Below are positions 39,224 through 48,126 of a DNA stretch of 64,000 nucleotides, piece by piece. The number at the start of each line of letters is the position of its first letter. The stretch's first letter is position 1. The translations under genes were made by a program, and so were the position numbers. This stretch comes from Oscillospiraceae bacterium (GTDB lineage Bacteria; Bacillota; Clostridia; Oscillospirales; CAG-272), in NCBI GenBank assembly GCA_015064685.1, contig SVRT01000011.1, positions 9,401 to 73,400 on the forward strand, written 5' to 3'. The notes below the pieces were generated by a model. It ran no database searches. It saw only the letters and a program-made list of their open reading frames with translations, and was not told where the DNA came from.

Positions 39224-40250
39224 CTTCCTCTTCTCCCTGCTCTTGCTCCTGCTCTTGTTTTTCTTCCTCAGCCTCATTTGAATTCTCAACACCGTCGGCT
39301 ACCTTTTCCTTCTTCGCAAAGAACACGGGATTCAGCTCAAGGGAGGGCTTGATCATCTCGTCAAACTTTGTGAGCTTTGCATCGGGATCCTTGAATTTTC
39401 TGGAATAAATCAAGCCCGCAACAAGCAGCGCTCCGAATACGACAAAGCAAAGAATTCCCACAAGCTGAGAAATGCGTATAGCAGTTCCGGGAATATAAAG
39501 ACTGTCTGTACGTAGAGCCTCAATAAAGAATCTGCCGAATCCGTACCAGGCGAGATACATACAAGCGATCTGTCCGTTGAATTTCTTTTTCTTGTAGAAG
39601 ATGTTTATCAGGATGAATCCGAGGAGATTCCAAAGAGATTCATAAAGGAAGGTCGGATGATAGTAGAACATAGTATGCGCGCTGTCTTCATTGGGCAAAA
39701 GTCCCATTCTGATGAAATAGAGAGGGCTGTCCTGTGCAACGATGCCGCCGTGAGCCTCACCGTTAAAGAAGTTACCCCATCTGCCAAGCGACTGCGCTAT
39801 CATAACGCCGGGTCCCGCCATATCCATAAGCTTTATGGTATTCACCTTTTTTATCTTCGTAGCAATCACAATACCGAGTATACCGCAGATTATTCCGCCA
39901 TATATCGCCAGACCACCTTCTCTGAGATTGAATACGTTCTTTAAGAACTCCCAAAGATTAAACGGCTCGGGAATGTAGTTTTCAAGCGTAGTGAGGACGT
40001 AATAAAGTCTTGCTCCGATAACACCCAAAACAACAGTCCATAGTGCTACGTCAATAAGGTCATCCACCAATATTTTTTCGTATTTTGCTCTGAACGAGGC
40101 ATAAATAAAGGCAAGCACTATACCGAGCGTGATTATCACGCCGTACCAGTATACCTGGAAATTGTCGCCTATTGAAAACGCAACGTTATCAAGCTCAAAA
40201 TTTTCAATTCCGATTCCCGGGAAAGAAACCGTGGTTTTACTTAGAATCAT
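39207..40250 (-). CDS. lgt: Prolipoprotein diacylglyceryl transferase with an acidic low-complexity tail
   Basis: Lgt hallmarks ([13 protein letters not shown]) and multiple TM helices. The C-terminus is [21 protein letters not shown]. Confidence 0.9.
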   Translation of the reverse strand: MILSKTTVSFPGIGIENFELDNVAFSIGDNFQVYWYGVIITLGIVLAFIYASFRAKYEKILVDDLIDVALWTVVLGVIGARLYYVLTTLENYIPEPFNLWEFLKNVFNLREGGLAIYGGIICGILGIVIATKIKKVNTIKLMDMAGPGVMIAQSLGRWGNFFNGEAHGGIVAQDSPLYFIRMGLLPNEDSAHTMFYYHPTFLYESLWNLLGFILINIFYKKKKFNGQIACMYLAWYGFGRFFIEALRTDSLYIPGTAIRISQLVGILCFVVFGALLVAGLIYSRKFKDPDAKLTKFDEMIKPSLELNPVFFAKKEKVADGVENSNEAEEEKQEQEQEQGEEEDGTDN

Positions 40251-41539
40251 TTTGACTCCTTTCTCTGCGGTTCAACGACCGACAGCGTAAAATATTCATC
40301 TTTAAAGATCTCGTTTGCGATGGATACAGTATCCTCAAATGTAATTTCGCCTATTATTTCAGGATACGAGAACAGATCAAGCCCCTCCCATGTGTACGAC
40401 ATGAGTGCAAACGCAATATCCTCCGTAAGATCAAATTCGGACACGTACGACGCGTACATACACTTTTTTTCTCTATCAAAGTCACGTCTGTCAAATCCGT
40501 TCTCAATGCTCCTTGAGATATGCTTTTTTATTTCGGAAAGCAGCGTTTCGGGAGCATCACTTTCTCCCGACATCATAACGTACGCGGTTTTGGAATTAGA
40601 GGAATAACCAACGTCAAATCCGGGAGACAAAAGATTCTTTTCAAGCATTCCAAGATAAAAATCTCCCGCCTCTGAGAACATCATATTTAAAAGGATATTG
40701 ATCGTCTCCGCCCTCTTATATCTCTCCCTCGCATCCGTGGGAATATCAGAATCCTTAACCCCTATTGAGAAGATGGGCTTACCCACAGGCATTTCCGTCT
40801 TAACATATTGCGATACAATGTTTTTCGGCTCATCAAAGCCTATTATTTGGGGACGCGATACTCCTCTGTTAACAACTACTTTATCAACGATTTCGATAAC
40901 CTTTTCGGGAGATAATCTTCCGCTGACGCAAAGAAGCATATTTGACGGAATATAAAAATCTTGACAGCATCTGTAAAGGGTCTCGGGAGTGATCTTAGCA
41001 ATCGATTCCTCGCTGCCGCAGATCTCTTTTTTCACGGGATTATTATGATACATTCCCTCAAGCATTCCCAAATAGCAACGCTCATAAGGATCATCAATAC
41101 AGCCTCTTATCTCCTGGGCAATTATTCCGATCTCCTTGTCAACCGTCTCCTTTGTAAAGTATGGATCCAGAACAAAGCTTATAAGATGCTCGAGACACCG
41201 CTCCTCGTTCTTTGTTGCCGAGAAGAGGTATGCGGTCTTTTCATTTGACGTATACGCATTACAGTATGCACCGAGGGATGAAAATACGTCATCCGCATTC
41301 GTACCATCCGAATTATCAAAAAGCTTGTGCTCGAGAAAGTGCGCGCATCCTTCGGGCAGCACTATCCTCTCTCCATTCTTTTCGTACTCAGTGATATTTC
41401 CTCCGAAATTCACCGAAAAAACTGCATACGTCGTAGACATATCCTTTGGAAAAACGCATAGCGTCAATCCGCTTTCGTGTACGGTCTTATAATATTTTTC
41501 ACCGAGGAGCTGGGAGCTAAACGACTTAAATTCACTCAT
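40247..41539 (-). CDS. M16 (pitrilysin/insulinase) zinc peptidase, active-site bearing (YmfH-like)
   Basis: HxxEH motif in CAHFLEHKLF. Start moved to MSEFKSF at 41539 because GAGGAGGG lies upstream. Confidence 0.85.
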   Translation of the reverse strand: MSEFKSFSSQLLGEKYYKTVHESGLTLCVFPKDMSTTYAVFSVNFGGNITEYEKNGERIVLPEGCAHFLEHKLFDNSDGTNADDVFSSLGAYCNAYTSNEKTAYLFSATKNEERCLEHLISFVLDPYFTKETVDKEIGIIAQEIRGCIDDPYERCYLGMLEGMYHNNPVKKEICGSEESIAKITPETLYRCCQDFYIPSNMLLCVSGRLSPEKVIEIVDKVVVNRGVSRPQIIGFDEPKNIVSQYVKTEMPVGKPIFSIGVKDSDIPTDARERYKRAETINILLNMMFSEAGDFYLGMLEKNLLSPGFDVGYSSNSKTAYVMMSGESDAPETLLSEIKKHISRSIENGFDRRDFDREKKCMYASYVSEFDLTEDIAFALMSYTWEGLDLFSYPEIIGEITFEDTVSIANEIFKDEYFTLSVVEPQRKESK

Positions 41540-42845
41540 CTTCTCCGCCCTCCTCATATTCATTGCATCCATTCATAAAATAAACGGTATCAAGCTCTAC
41601 TTTGCTTGCGGCAAGAATTATATCTTCCTTGCTTACATTATCAATGCGCTCACTGCACTCCTCGGGGCCTTCATCAACGTTCGCCAGCAATCTTCTCAGC
41701 ATAAACGCCTCTATAGACGCGGGGCTGTCCTTTATCTGTCTGACACCGGAGATTAATGTATGCTTCGCGGTCTGAATCTCCTCATCGGTAATATCACCAC
41801 GCTTCATTGCATCGAGCTGTCTGTCAATCTCACAAAGTGCATCATCCTTTTTCGCCGGATCTATTCCGCAACCCACCTTCAACGTTCCCGTCGAGGTATG
41901 GAAGGAGGAATAGCAGTAATAGCAAAGGCTCTTTTTCTCTCTGACGTTAAGGAAAAGCTTTGATACCGACGACCCGCCGAATATCTCGTTAAAGAGAGCC
42001 ATAGGATAATAATCCTTGTCCGAAAGTACCGTGTTACATCTATATCCGAGAACGAGTCTTCCCTGTGAAACGTCTCCCTCATCCTCAATATAGCATGCGT
42101 CTTGTTTATCACTCTTAAAAGCATGCTCCCCATATACAGGCACATTGGTATTTTTGCCTGAAAACGGGAAATATTTTTCAACAAGCTCCTCGACCTCACT
42201 GTGCGGCTTGTCGCCTACGTAGTAGCATTCAACTATACATTCACTGAAGAAAGCCTTGAACCTCTCCGTAATCTGTTCGGCGGTAAATGAGTTTATCAGC
42301 TCCTCGTTTCCGTCTGCCACGACCTCGTACTCCGAGCCTTCAAACATATATCTCGAGCATTGCTCTGATGCGTATGCCTTGGGATCGTTTATCTTCGAGT
42401 TTATTGCATCTATAGCTATTCTCTTTTCGCTTTCAACGTAATTTGAAAGTAAAAGCCCTTTTTCATCCTTCAGTGGCGAAAAAAGAATATCGGACAGTAT
42501 TCCCATTACATTTTCAAGTATCGCGGAATTATCTCCGTCAAAAACAAAGCTTTCCTTCAGCAGCTTGCAGGATATTTTATGTATACTCTTGTCTCCGACG
42601 GTCGTTGTTCTGAGAGTCACCGCCGCTCCATATTGCTCGTCAAGTGCTTTATTGATCGCGGTAACGGTAGGATACCTTTGCGATCCCCTCAGCATTACCG
42701 CAAGCATAAGCTTGGTCAGCGGAGTATTGATTTTGTCACTTTTGGTTATCAGATTGATCGAAAACCGTGACATTTTAAACTTGTCCGTGGTTACGCTATG
42801 GAGCCGTACCCTTCCGCCACTTATCCATGTTGTGTTATTTATCAT
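41532..42845 (-). CDS. M16 family peptidase-like protein lacking HxxEH (YmfF-like partner)
   Basis: Insulinase-like length and layout, but no HxxEH at the equivalent N-terminal position. It overlaps its partner by 8 nt. Confidence 0.75.
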   Translation of the reverse strand: MINNTTWISGGRVRLHSVTTDKFKMSRFSINLITKSDKINTPLTKLMLAVMLRGSQRYPTVTAINKALDEQYGAAVTLRTTTVGDKSIHKISCKLLKESFVFDGDNSAILENVMGILSDILFSPLKDEKGLLLSNYVESEKRIAIDAINSKINDPKAYASEQCSRYMFEGSEYEVVADGNEELINSFTAEQITERFKAFFSECIVECYYVGDKPHSEVEELVEKYFPFSGKNTNVPVYGEHAFKSDKQDACYIEDEGDVSQGRLVLGYRCNTVLSDKDYYPMALFNEIFGGSSVSKLFLNVREKKSLCYYCYSSFHTSTGTLKVGCGIDPAKKDDALCEIDRQLDAMKRGDITDEEIQTAKHTLISGVRQIKDSPASIEAFMLRRLLANVDEGPEECSERIDNVSKEDIILAASKVELDTVYFMNGCNEYEEGGEDE

Positions 42846-42983
42846 TATCTAAAGCGTCTTAGCAACGTCCTTTCTCATTATAACAGATAATTCATTTTAC
42901 ACCATAAGCCATTTTTTTTCAAGTGTTATTTGTTAATTAATAAAGGAAATGGGAGATATTTTACAATATCCCCCACCAAATAT

Positions 42984-43622
42984 TCATATACACATAAAGA
43001 AATCCTTAACGCGAGCAAGAATCTCACGGATGTCACGCACAGTTTGTCCAATATAAGGGCGCAGATCGGCTGACACGCCTATCGCGTCAATTCCCGCCTT
43101 ATCCGCAATATAAAGAGCGCGGTAAAGATGATATTTCTGTGTAATCACGATAACGCGGTCAAAGCCATATTCTTCCTTGACACGAGTTATACTCTCATAC
43201 GTCGAAAATCCGCAGCCGTCGGTAAGTATCATAGACGGATCAACTCCAAGCTTCTCGGCATATTCTTTCATTGCGCCGGGCTCGTCGTAGTATTCACCGG
43301 ACCTGTCTCCACTCATAAGGATGTAAGCGGCTCCCGATGCCTCAAACACCTCTATACCGACCTTTATCCTGTCTTCAAGCATCGGACTCGGAGTTCCGTC
43401 GCTTTTAAGACCTGCTCCAAGCACGATCACACAATCGAAATCCTCAACATCCCGGATCTCGGGTGTATTGATATAAACCGAATCCTCGACAGAAAGCCTT
43501 ACGTATAAGCTTATACCTGCAGTGGCTATCAACGCCGCAAAAACGACGCAAAGAACTATTACTGCGATCTTTATCAGAGCTCTGATTATCCGCCCTCTGT
43601 CACGGATGCAAGGCATACTCAT
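42984..43622 (-). CDS. SanA/YdcF (DUF218) family membrane-anchored protein
   Basis: One N-terminal TM helix, then CVIVLGAGLKSDGTPSPMLEDRI...ILMSGD, typical of DUF218/SanA. Confidence 0.8.
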   Translation of the reverse strand: MSMPCIRDRGRIIRALIKIAVIVLCVVFAALIATAGISLYVRLSVEDSVYINTPEIRDVEDFDCVIVLGAGLKSDGTPSPMLEDRIKVGIEVFEASGAAYILMSGDRSGEYYDEPGAMKEYAEKLGVDPSMILTDGCGFSTYESITRVKEEYGFDRVIVITQKYHLYRALYIADKAGIDAIGVSADLRPYIGQTVRDIREILARVKDFFMCI

Positions 43623-44464
43623 TATTTTACCTTATCCGCGCATTTTTTTGCGATACTGTCTGCCGCAGAATCAAGATAATCGCAAATGATATATTCGATC
43701 ATTCCCTTGTCTACGTAAGAAGCAACGGAGGTATCGATCGGAATTCTTGCCAACAGATCGTATCCAAATTCGTCAGCTATCTCATCGATATGGCTCTCAC
43801 CGAATATCTTTATCTCCTTACCGCAATCGGGACACTTAACAAAGCTCATGTTCTCAACGAGTCCAAGCACAGGAATACTCATCATATCCGCCATATTAGC
43901 AGCCTTCTTTACGATCATCGCAACAAGGTCCTGAGGGCTTGATACGATAACACATCCGTCAATGGGAAGACTCTGGAAAACGGTAAGCGGTACGTCACCT
44001 GTTCCGGGAGGGCAATCGACCAAAAGAAAGTCGAGGTCCCCCCATGCTGTATCGGTCCAGAACTGACGGACAGTACCTGCAATAAGAGATCCGCGCCAAA
44101 CCACGGGTCTTGTCTCATCCTCAAGCATAAGGTTTACCGACATTACCTTGATTCCCGTCTTTGTTACGGGTGGGAGCATAGCTCCGTTCTCATCTCCCTC
44201 AACGTCTGCGTAAACGCCAAACGCCTTAGGGATCGAAGGACCTGTGATATCGGCATCAAGAACACCGACCTTATATCCCTTACGTGAAAGATGAACTGCA
44301 AGCATTGAGGTCACGAGAGACTTTCCAACTCCGCCCTTTCCGCTGACAACCGCAATTATATGCTTAACATTACTGCCCTTGTTCGCCTCATCCTTGGGAA
44401 TTCCGCCATTTTTTGACGGACAGTTAAGAGAGCACGAGGAGCAATCGTGTGTACATTCACTCAT
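43622..44464 (-). CDS. mrp: Mrp/NBP35 (ApbC-like) Fe-S cluster carrier ATPase with an N-terminal cysteine cluster
   Basis: Deviant Walker A VVSGKGGVGKS and CPxC-like VKCPDCGK. The N-terminus is MSECTHDCSSCSLNC. Confidence 0.9.
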   Translation of the reverse strand: MSECTHDCSSCSLNCPSKNGGIPKDEANKGSNVKHIIAVVSGKGGVGKSLVTSMLAVHLSRKGYKVGVLDADITGPSIPKAFGVYADVEGDENGAMLPPVTKTGIKVMSVNLMLEDETRPVVWRGSLIAGTVRQFWTDTAWGDLDFLLVDCPPGTGDVPLTVFQSLPIDGCVIVSSPQDLVAMIVKKAANMADMMSIPVLGLVENMSFVKCPDCGKEIKIFGESHIDEIADEFGYDLLARIPIDTSVASYVDKGMIEYIICDYLDSAADSIAKKCADKVK

Positions 44465-44558
44465 TTTTCTACCTCCTGTAAGATCAAAATAAAATCCAAT
44501 GGATATTATACACCGAATTCATCAAAAAATCAAGTACAAAAAGCACTTTTTTGAGAAT

Positions 44559-44590
44559 AAAAAAGAACCCTACGCATAGAGTTCTTTTTT
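44559..44590 (-). terminator. Terminator after rpmF (symmetrical)
   Basis: aaaaaagaac / gttctttttt arms around a 12-nt loop. Confidence 0.5.
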
Positions 44591-44606
44591 ACTGTTTAAC
44601 GGTCAA

Positions 44607-44798
44607 TTATGCCTCTTTTACGTTGAGAACCTTCTTGCCGTTGTAGTAGCCGCAAACCTTGCATACGCAGTGGGGCTTAAGCATCTCACCGCATGCGGGG
44701 TTGGAGCACTTTACAAGTCCGGGCATTGTGAGCTTGGAGTTGTTGGATCTTCTCTTATCTCTGCGTGCGCTGGACACTTTCTTCTTCGGTACTGCCAT
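44607..44798 (-). CDS. rpmF: 50S ribosomal protein L32
   Basis: MAVPKKKVSSARRDKRRS N-terminus and a CxxC...CxxC zinc ribbon. Confidence 0.95.
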   Translation of the reverse strand: MAVPKKKVSSARRDKRRSNNSKLTMPGLVKCSNPACGEMLKPHCVCKVCGYYNGKKVLNVKEA

Positions 44799-44872
44799 AT
44801 TGAACCTCCCTCTCGAAGCACACTTATGTATGCCGTCGATATATAAAAATATTTTTTACTGTATTGAAGCGT

Positions 44873-45391
44873 TTATTGCTCGTCTTCCTTTTTGAGCAGA
44901 GTTGCAAGGACTGCAAGGCGAGGATCTATCTCTTTCTTGGGGCAACCGCAATCGCCGCCCTTGAGAGATTTCCCGCACTTCGGGCAAAGCCCGGGACAAT
45001 CGTCGGAGCAAAGGATCTTTCGCGGGAAATCAAGCAGGAGCGCCTCGGCGAGCTGCTCATCGATGTCAAGCTTTCCGTTCTCGACTATGACGTACTCGTC
45101 TACATTGTCCTCTATTTGTTCCTCGGTCAAGGTTCCCTCGTCTGCAACGACTCGCTCAAAATCCAGTACGAATTCACCTTCAACCGCATCAAGGCATCTG
45201 TCGCACTCGGTCTCATACGCAAGATGAGCCTGTGCCGTCAGCTGCATATATCCCGCGCTGTCGGTGATCTCGCCCGTAACGTGAGCATCGTCCTTAAACG
45301 TAACTCTGTCCATAGGAATGGGGGCAAGCATATAATCAAACGTTATACGGCTCTTTTCTCCGCGGAGAAGCGGACCAACGTCTAAAATCAT
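44873..45391 (-). CDS. yceD: YceD/DUF177 family protein (23S rRNA accumulation protein)
   Basis: C-terminal CSDDCPGLCPKCGKSLKGGDCGC. It sits upstream of rpmF, as in many bacteria. ATG 45391 is preferred (GGAAGGA RBS); the ORF-track start 45418 would lie only about 11 nt from the predicted TSS. Confidence 0.85.
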   Translation of the reverse strand: MILDVGPLLRGEKSRITFDYMLAPIPMDRVTFKDDAHVTGEITDSAGYMQLTAQAHLAYETECDRCLDAVEGEFVLDFERVVADEGTLTEEQIEDNVDEYVIVENGKLDIDEQLAEALLLDFPRKILCSDDCPGLCPKCGKSLKGGDCGCPKKEIDPRLAVLATLLKKEDEQ

Positions 45392-45435
45392 ACTTTTTCC
45401 TTCCCTTCTTACAGACATAAAACGCGACTTTAATT

Positions 45436-45464
45436 ATTATATATGATTAATTGCAATTTGTCAA
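45436..45464 (-). promoter_or_regulatory. Perfect consensus sigma-A promoter for yceD-rpmF
   Basis: Reverse strand reads TTGACA, 17 nt, TATAAT. Confidence 0.55.
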
Positions 45465-45519
45465 GAGTTTTTTTAATTTTTGAGAGGGATTTTTTGTGAT
45501 TTTTTAAAAATTATTATGC

Positions 45520-45548
45520 TTGACACCCACTAATAAAAATGGTATACT
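45520..45548 (+). promoter_or_regulatory. Sigma-A promoter for tmcAL
   Basis: TTGACA, 17 nt, TGgTATACT. Confidence 0.55.
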
Positions 45549-45578
45549 CTAAATATAAGTCAAAAAAGGAGGGATACT

Positions 45579-46799
45579 ATGCGCACGGTCGGTATTATTT
45601 GTGAATACAATCCGTTTCACACAGGACACAAGCGACAGATAGATATTTTGCGGTCGATGGGATATGACTGCGTAGTTTGCATTATGAGCGGAAACTTCAC
45701 TCAGCGCGGAGAGATGGCGATATTTGATAAATACACACGTGCCGAAGCTGCGATCCGCGGCGGGGCGGATATAGTCGTAGAGCTTCCCTTTCCTTTTTCC
45801 TCCTTCTCAGCCGAGGGCTTCGCAAACGCCGGGGTTCACATTCTATCCTCTCTTGGAATTGATGCGATGAGCTTTGGCAGCGAATGCGGAGACGTATCGC
45901 TCCTCAACCGTGCCGCAAATGCAATTTGCTCCCCTGAATTCGCCTCGGTTTATTACGAGCTTCAGCGCGGAGGGCTTGGCTCTGCAGCGGCATACTTCGA
46001 AGCGATAAAAAACATATCCGGTGAAGACATTCCATTGCTTTCAAACGACATTCTCGGTATCTCATACGTTGCAGCTATAAAAAGACTCGGTGCACAGCTT
46101 GATATTGTTCCAATAAAACGTGAAGGCGCGGCGTACAATGACAAGGAGCTTCCGCAAAACAGTCATCCAAGCGCATCGGCAATACGCGAGGCGGTCAAGA
46201 ATTCTGCTCTGGAGCCTGAGCAGCTTTTGAACGAATATATTCCCAAAAATTCACTTTGTGCCCTTTTAAAAGCAAAAAACTGCGGTCTCGGGCCGATTGA
46301 CGAAGATAATACAAGCCGAGAAATTCTTTCATTTTTTAAGCTGATGACACCTTTGGAGATCACCGTGCGTGCGATATCCCGTTCAAACGGTGGTGAGCAT
46401 ATCGCCGAGGACGGATGCGGGATTATTGAGCGAATCCGCAACGCGGCATTATCGGCAAACAGCTATTGCGAATTTTTTAATGCCTGCTACTCATCAAAAT
46501 ACACGAATGCGAGAGTTAACCGAGTTATTCTCTTCTCACTGTTAGGTGTATCCGACAAGCTGACTCATTCGCTTCCCGAGTACACAACACTACTCGGAGC
46601 AAACGATGCAGGACGCAAGCTACTGGCAAAGCTGAGAAAAACGTGTGATTTTAATATTGTGACAAAACCGGCAGACGCACCCGAGCATAGCATTCAAAAA
46701 ACAGTATCCGAAGCTGCAGACATTCTTTACACGTCTGCTATGCCGCAAAATAAGGGACCATATTTTTTTATCAAAGCGCACCCTTTTATGCTCAAATAA
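45579..46799 (+). CDS. tmcAL: tRNA(Met) cytidine acetate ligase (YlbM/UPF0348)
   Basis: GIICEYNPFHTGHKRQI nucleotidyltransferase HxGH motif. It is adjacent to yceD-rpmF, as ylbM-ylbN-rpmF are in Bacillus. Confidence 0.85.
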   Translation: MRTVGIICEYNPFHTGHKRQIDILRSMGYDCVVCIMSGNFTQRGEMAIFDKYTRAEAAIRGGADIVVELPFPFSSFSAEGFANAGVHILSSLGIDAMSFGSECGDVSLLNRAANAICSPEFASVYYELQRGGLGSAAAYFEAIKNISGEDIPLLSNDILGISYVAAIKRLGAQLDIVPIKREGAAYNDKELPQNSHPSASAIREAVKNSALEPEQLLNEYIPKNSLCALLKAKNCGLGPIDEDNTSREILSFFKLMTPLEITVRAISRSNGGEHIAEDGCGIIERIRNAALSANSYCEFFNACYSSKYTNARVNRVILFSLLGVSDKLTHSLPEYTTLLGANDAGRKLLAKLRKTCDFNIVTKPADAPEHSIQKTVSEAADILYTSAMPQNKGPYFFIKAHPFMLK

Positions 46800-46829
46800 G
46801 CATTTTTTAAAAAAATTGACAAATAAATG

Positions 46830-46858
46830 TTGACTTGACATCTTTGTTATGGTATAAT
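46830..46858 (+). promoter_or_regulatory. Sigma-A promoter for the 97-aa ORF
   Basis: TTGACT, 17 nt, TGgTATAAT. Confidence 0.5.
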
Positions 46859-46915
46859 ATATTGATAGTATTATAAACCGAGAAAGGATAAGCTTGTCAT
46901 CAAGCGGGTGAATAT

Positions 46916-47209
46916 ATGGCTGCAGAAGCACGCGAGCAGGTCAAGGGCTCATATCTTTATTATAAAAACAGACCTTTGGTAAGAGAAAAGGATACCATCT
47001 GCTACGGAGATTTCTCCGAGAGATGCGTTCTCATTTTTGAAATAATGTCCTACACAGAGACCAACGGCAATAAGGTTCCCGGAAAGATCTTTATTCAGGT
47101 TATCGAATCCGCAACAGGTGCGATTCTCAAGCAAGCGGACAAGGACGGAATGTACGAGGCGTTCACATACGGAATGTTCTGGTACGAAAAGTTCCTCAAC
47201 GAGGCATAA
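46916..47209 (+). CDS. Hypothetical 97-aa protein (monocistronic)
   Basis: ORF bracketed by its own promoter and a terminator. I recognise no family. Confidence 0.5.
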   Translation: MAAEAREQVKGSYLYYKNRPLVREKDTICYGDFSERCVLIFEIMSYTETNGNKVPGKIFIQVIESATGAILKQADKDGMYEAFTYGMFWYEKFLNEA

Positions 47210-47220
47210 TAATTCATTGA

Positions 47221-47248
47221 AAAAAGCACGGTACACCGTGCTTTTTTT
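47221..47248. terminator. Bidirectional intrinsic terminator
   Basis: aaaaagcacgg taca ccgtgcttttttt. Confidence 0.8.
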
Positions 47249-47250
47249 GT

Positions 47251-48126
47251 TTATTCAATCTTCATTCCAACGCTCTGCAAGTATGCAATGATATCGCTCT
47301 CCTCTTTTTCGGTAAGCTTTCTCATAGGGTGTATGGGATAGTATACGTCGTATCCAAGCCTTGACATAATAAATTTTGCAACCATAATAACACTTCTGCC
47401 CGAGAATACTCCGCAAACGCGCGCGACGTATGTTTGAAGCTCTAAGGCTTTTGCGAAATCTCCGCTCGTAAAGGCGTTATATATTCCCTTTATCTCGGGC
47501 AGGAGAAAATTATAGGTCGTGCCTATGCCCGCGTCACAGCCCGCGCCCAAGCCCTGAAGGAGGGTCTCGTCGGGTCCGTTTATAAAATTCGCCTCGGGAT
47601 TTCTCGCCTTTACGCTCATAACCGTAGCATAATTGGGATTAGTCCACTTTATCGCGGTGAGGTTTGGTATCGAGAAAAGACGGTCTAAGAGTTTATCAGA
47701 GAAAGCTACCGCCGCAGCGGGGCTGTTATATATCACGATCGGAATATTGACACTCTCTGCAAGCCTTTCGTAATATGAGTATATCTCGTCCTCGTCGTAT
47801 TTGAAGAATATCGGAGGAATTGCGGAAATAGCCGCAGCTCCTACGCTCTCAGCGTAACGGGCAAGCTCTATCATCTCGGAGAATACCGTTCTCGCTACGT
47901 GGACAATACACGGCACTCTGCCTCCGACCTTTTCTATCGTTTTTCCGACCATTTCCTTGTGCTGACACACGGTGAGGTTCAAGCCCTCACCTGTTGCACC
48001 GCAAAGATAAAAGCCATCCGCGCCCTGCTCTATCAAGCTCTCAACGAGTCTTTCAAGTACCTCAGAGCTTACGTTTCCGTTTTTATCAAGCGGGGTGATC
48101 AGCGCGGGAAGTATTCCTTTAAACAT
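47251..48126 (-). CDS. DapA/NanA-family class I aldolase (N-acetylneuraminate-lyase-like)
   Basis: ITPLDKNGNV...GFYLCGATGEG N-terminal signature of the DHDPS/NAL family. The substrate is not determinable from the sequence. Confidence 0.75.
   Translation of the reverse strand: MFKGILPALITPLDKNGNVSSEVLERLVESLIEQGADGFYLCGATGEGLNLTVCQHKEMVGKTIEKVGGRVPCIVHVARTVFSEMIELARYAESVGAAAISAIPPIFFKYDEDEIYSYYERLAESVNIPIVIYNSPAAAVAFSDKLLDRLFSIPNLTAIKWTNPNYATVMSVKARNPEANFINGPDETLLQGLGAGCDAGIGTTYNFLLPEIKGIYNAFTSGDFAKALELQTYVARVCGVFSGRSVIMVAKFIMSRLGYDVYYPIHPMRKLTEKEESDIIAYLQSVGMKIE

Noticed and set aside
39230-39290. Repeat-like ctcttgctcctgctcttg DNA, considered as a tandem repeat or mini-array
   Set aside because: It is simply the coding sequence of the Glu/Gln-rich Lgt tail. 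There is no spacer-repeat organisation.
44864-45385. 173-aa plus-strand ORF overlapping yceD
   Set aside because: The opposite-strand YceD/DUF177 reading has the conserved C-terminal Cys cluster and the expected position upstream of rpmF.
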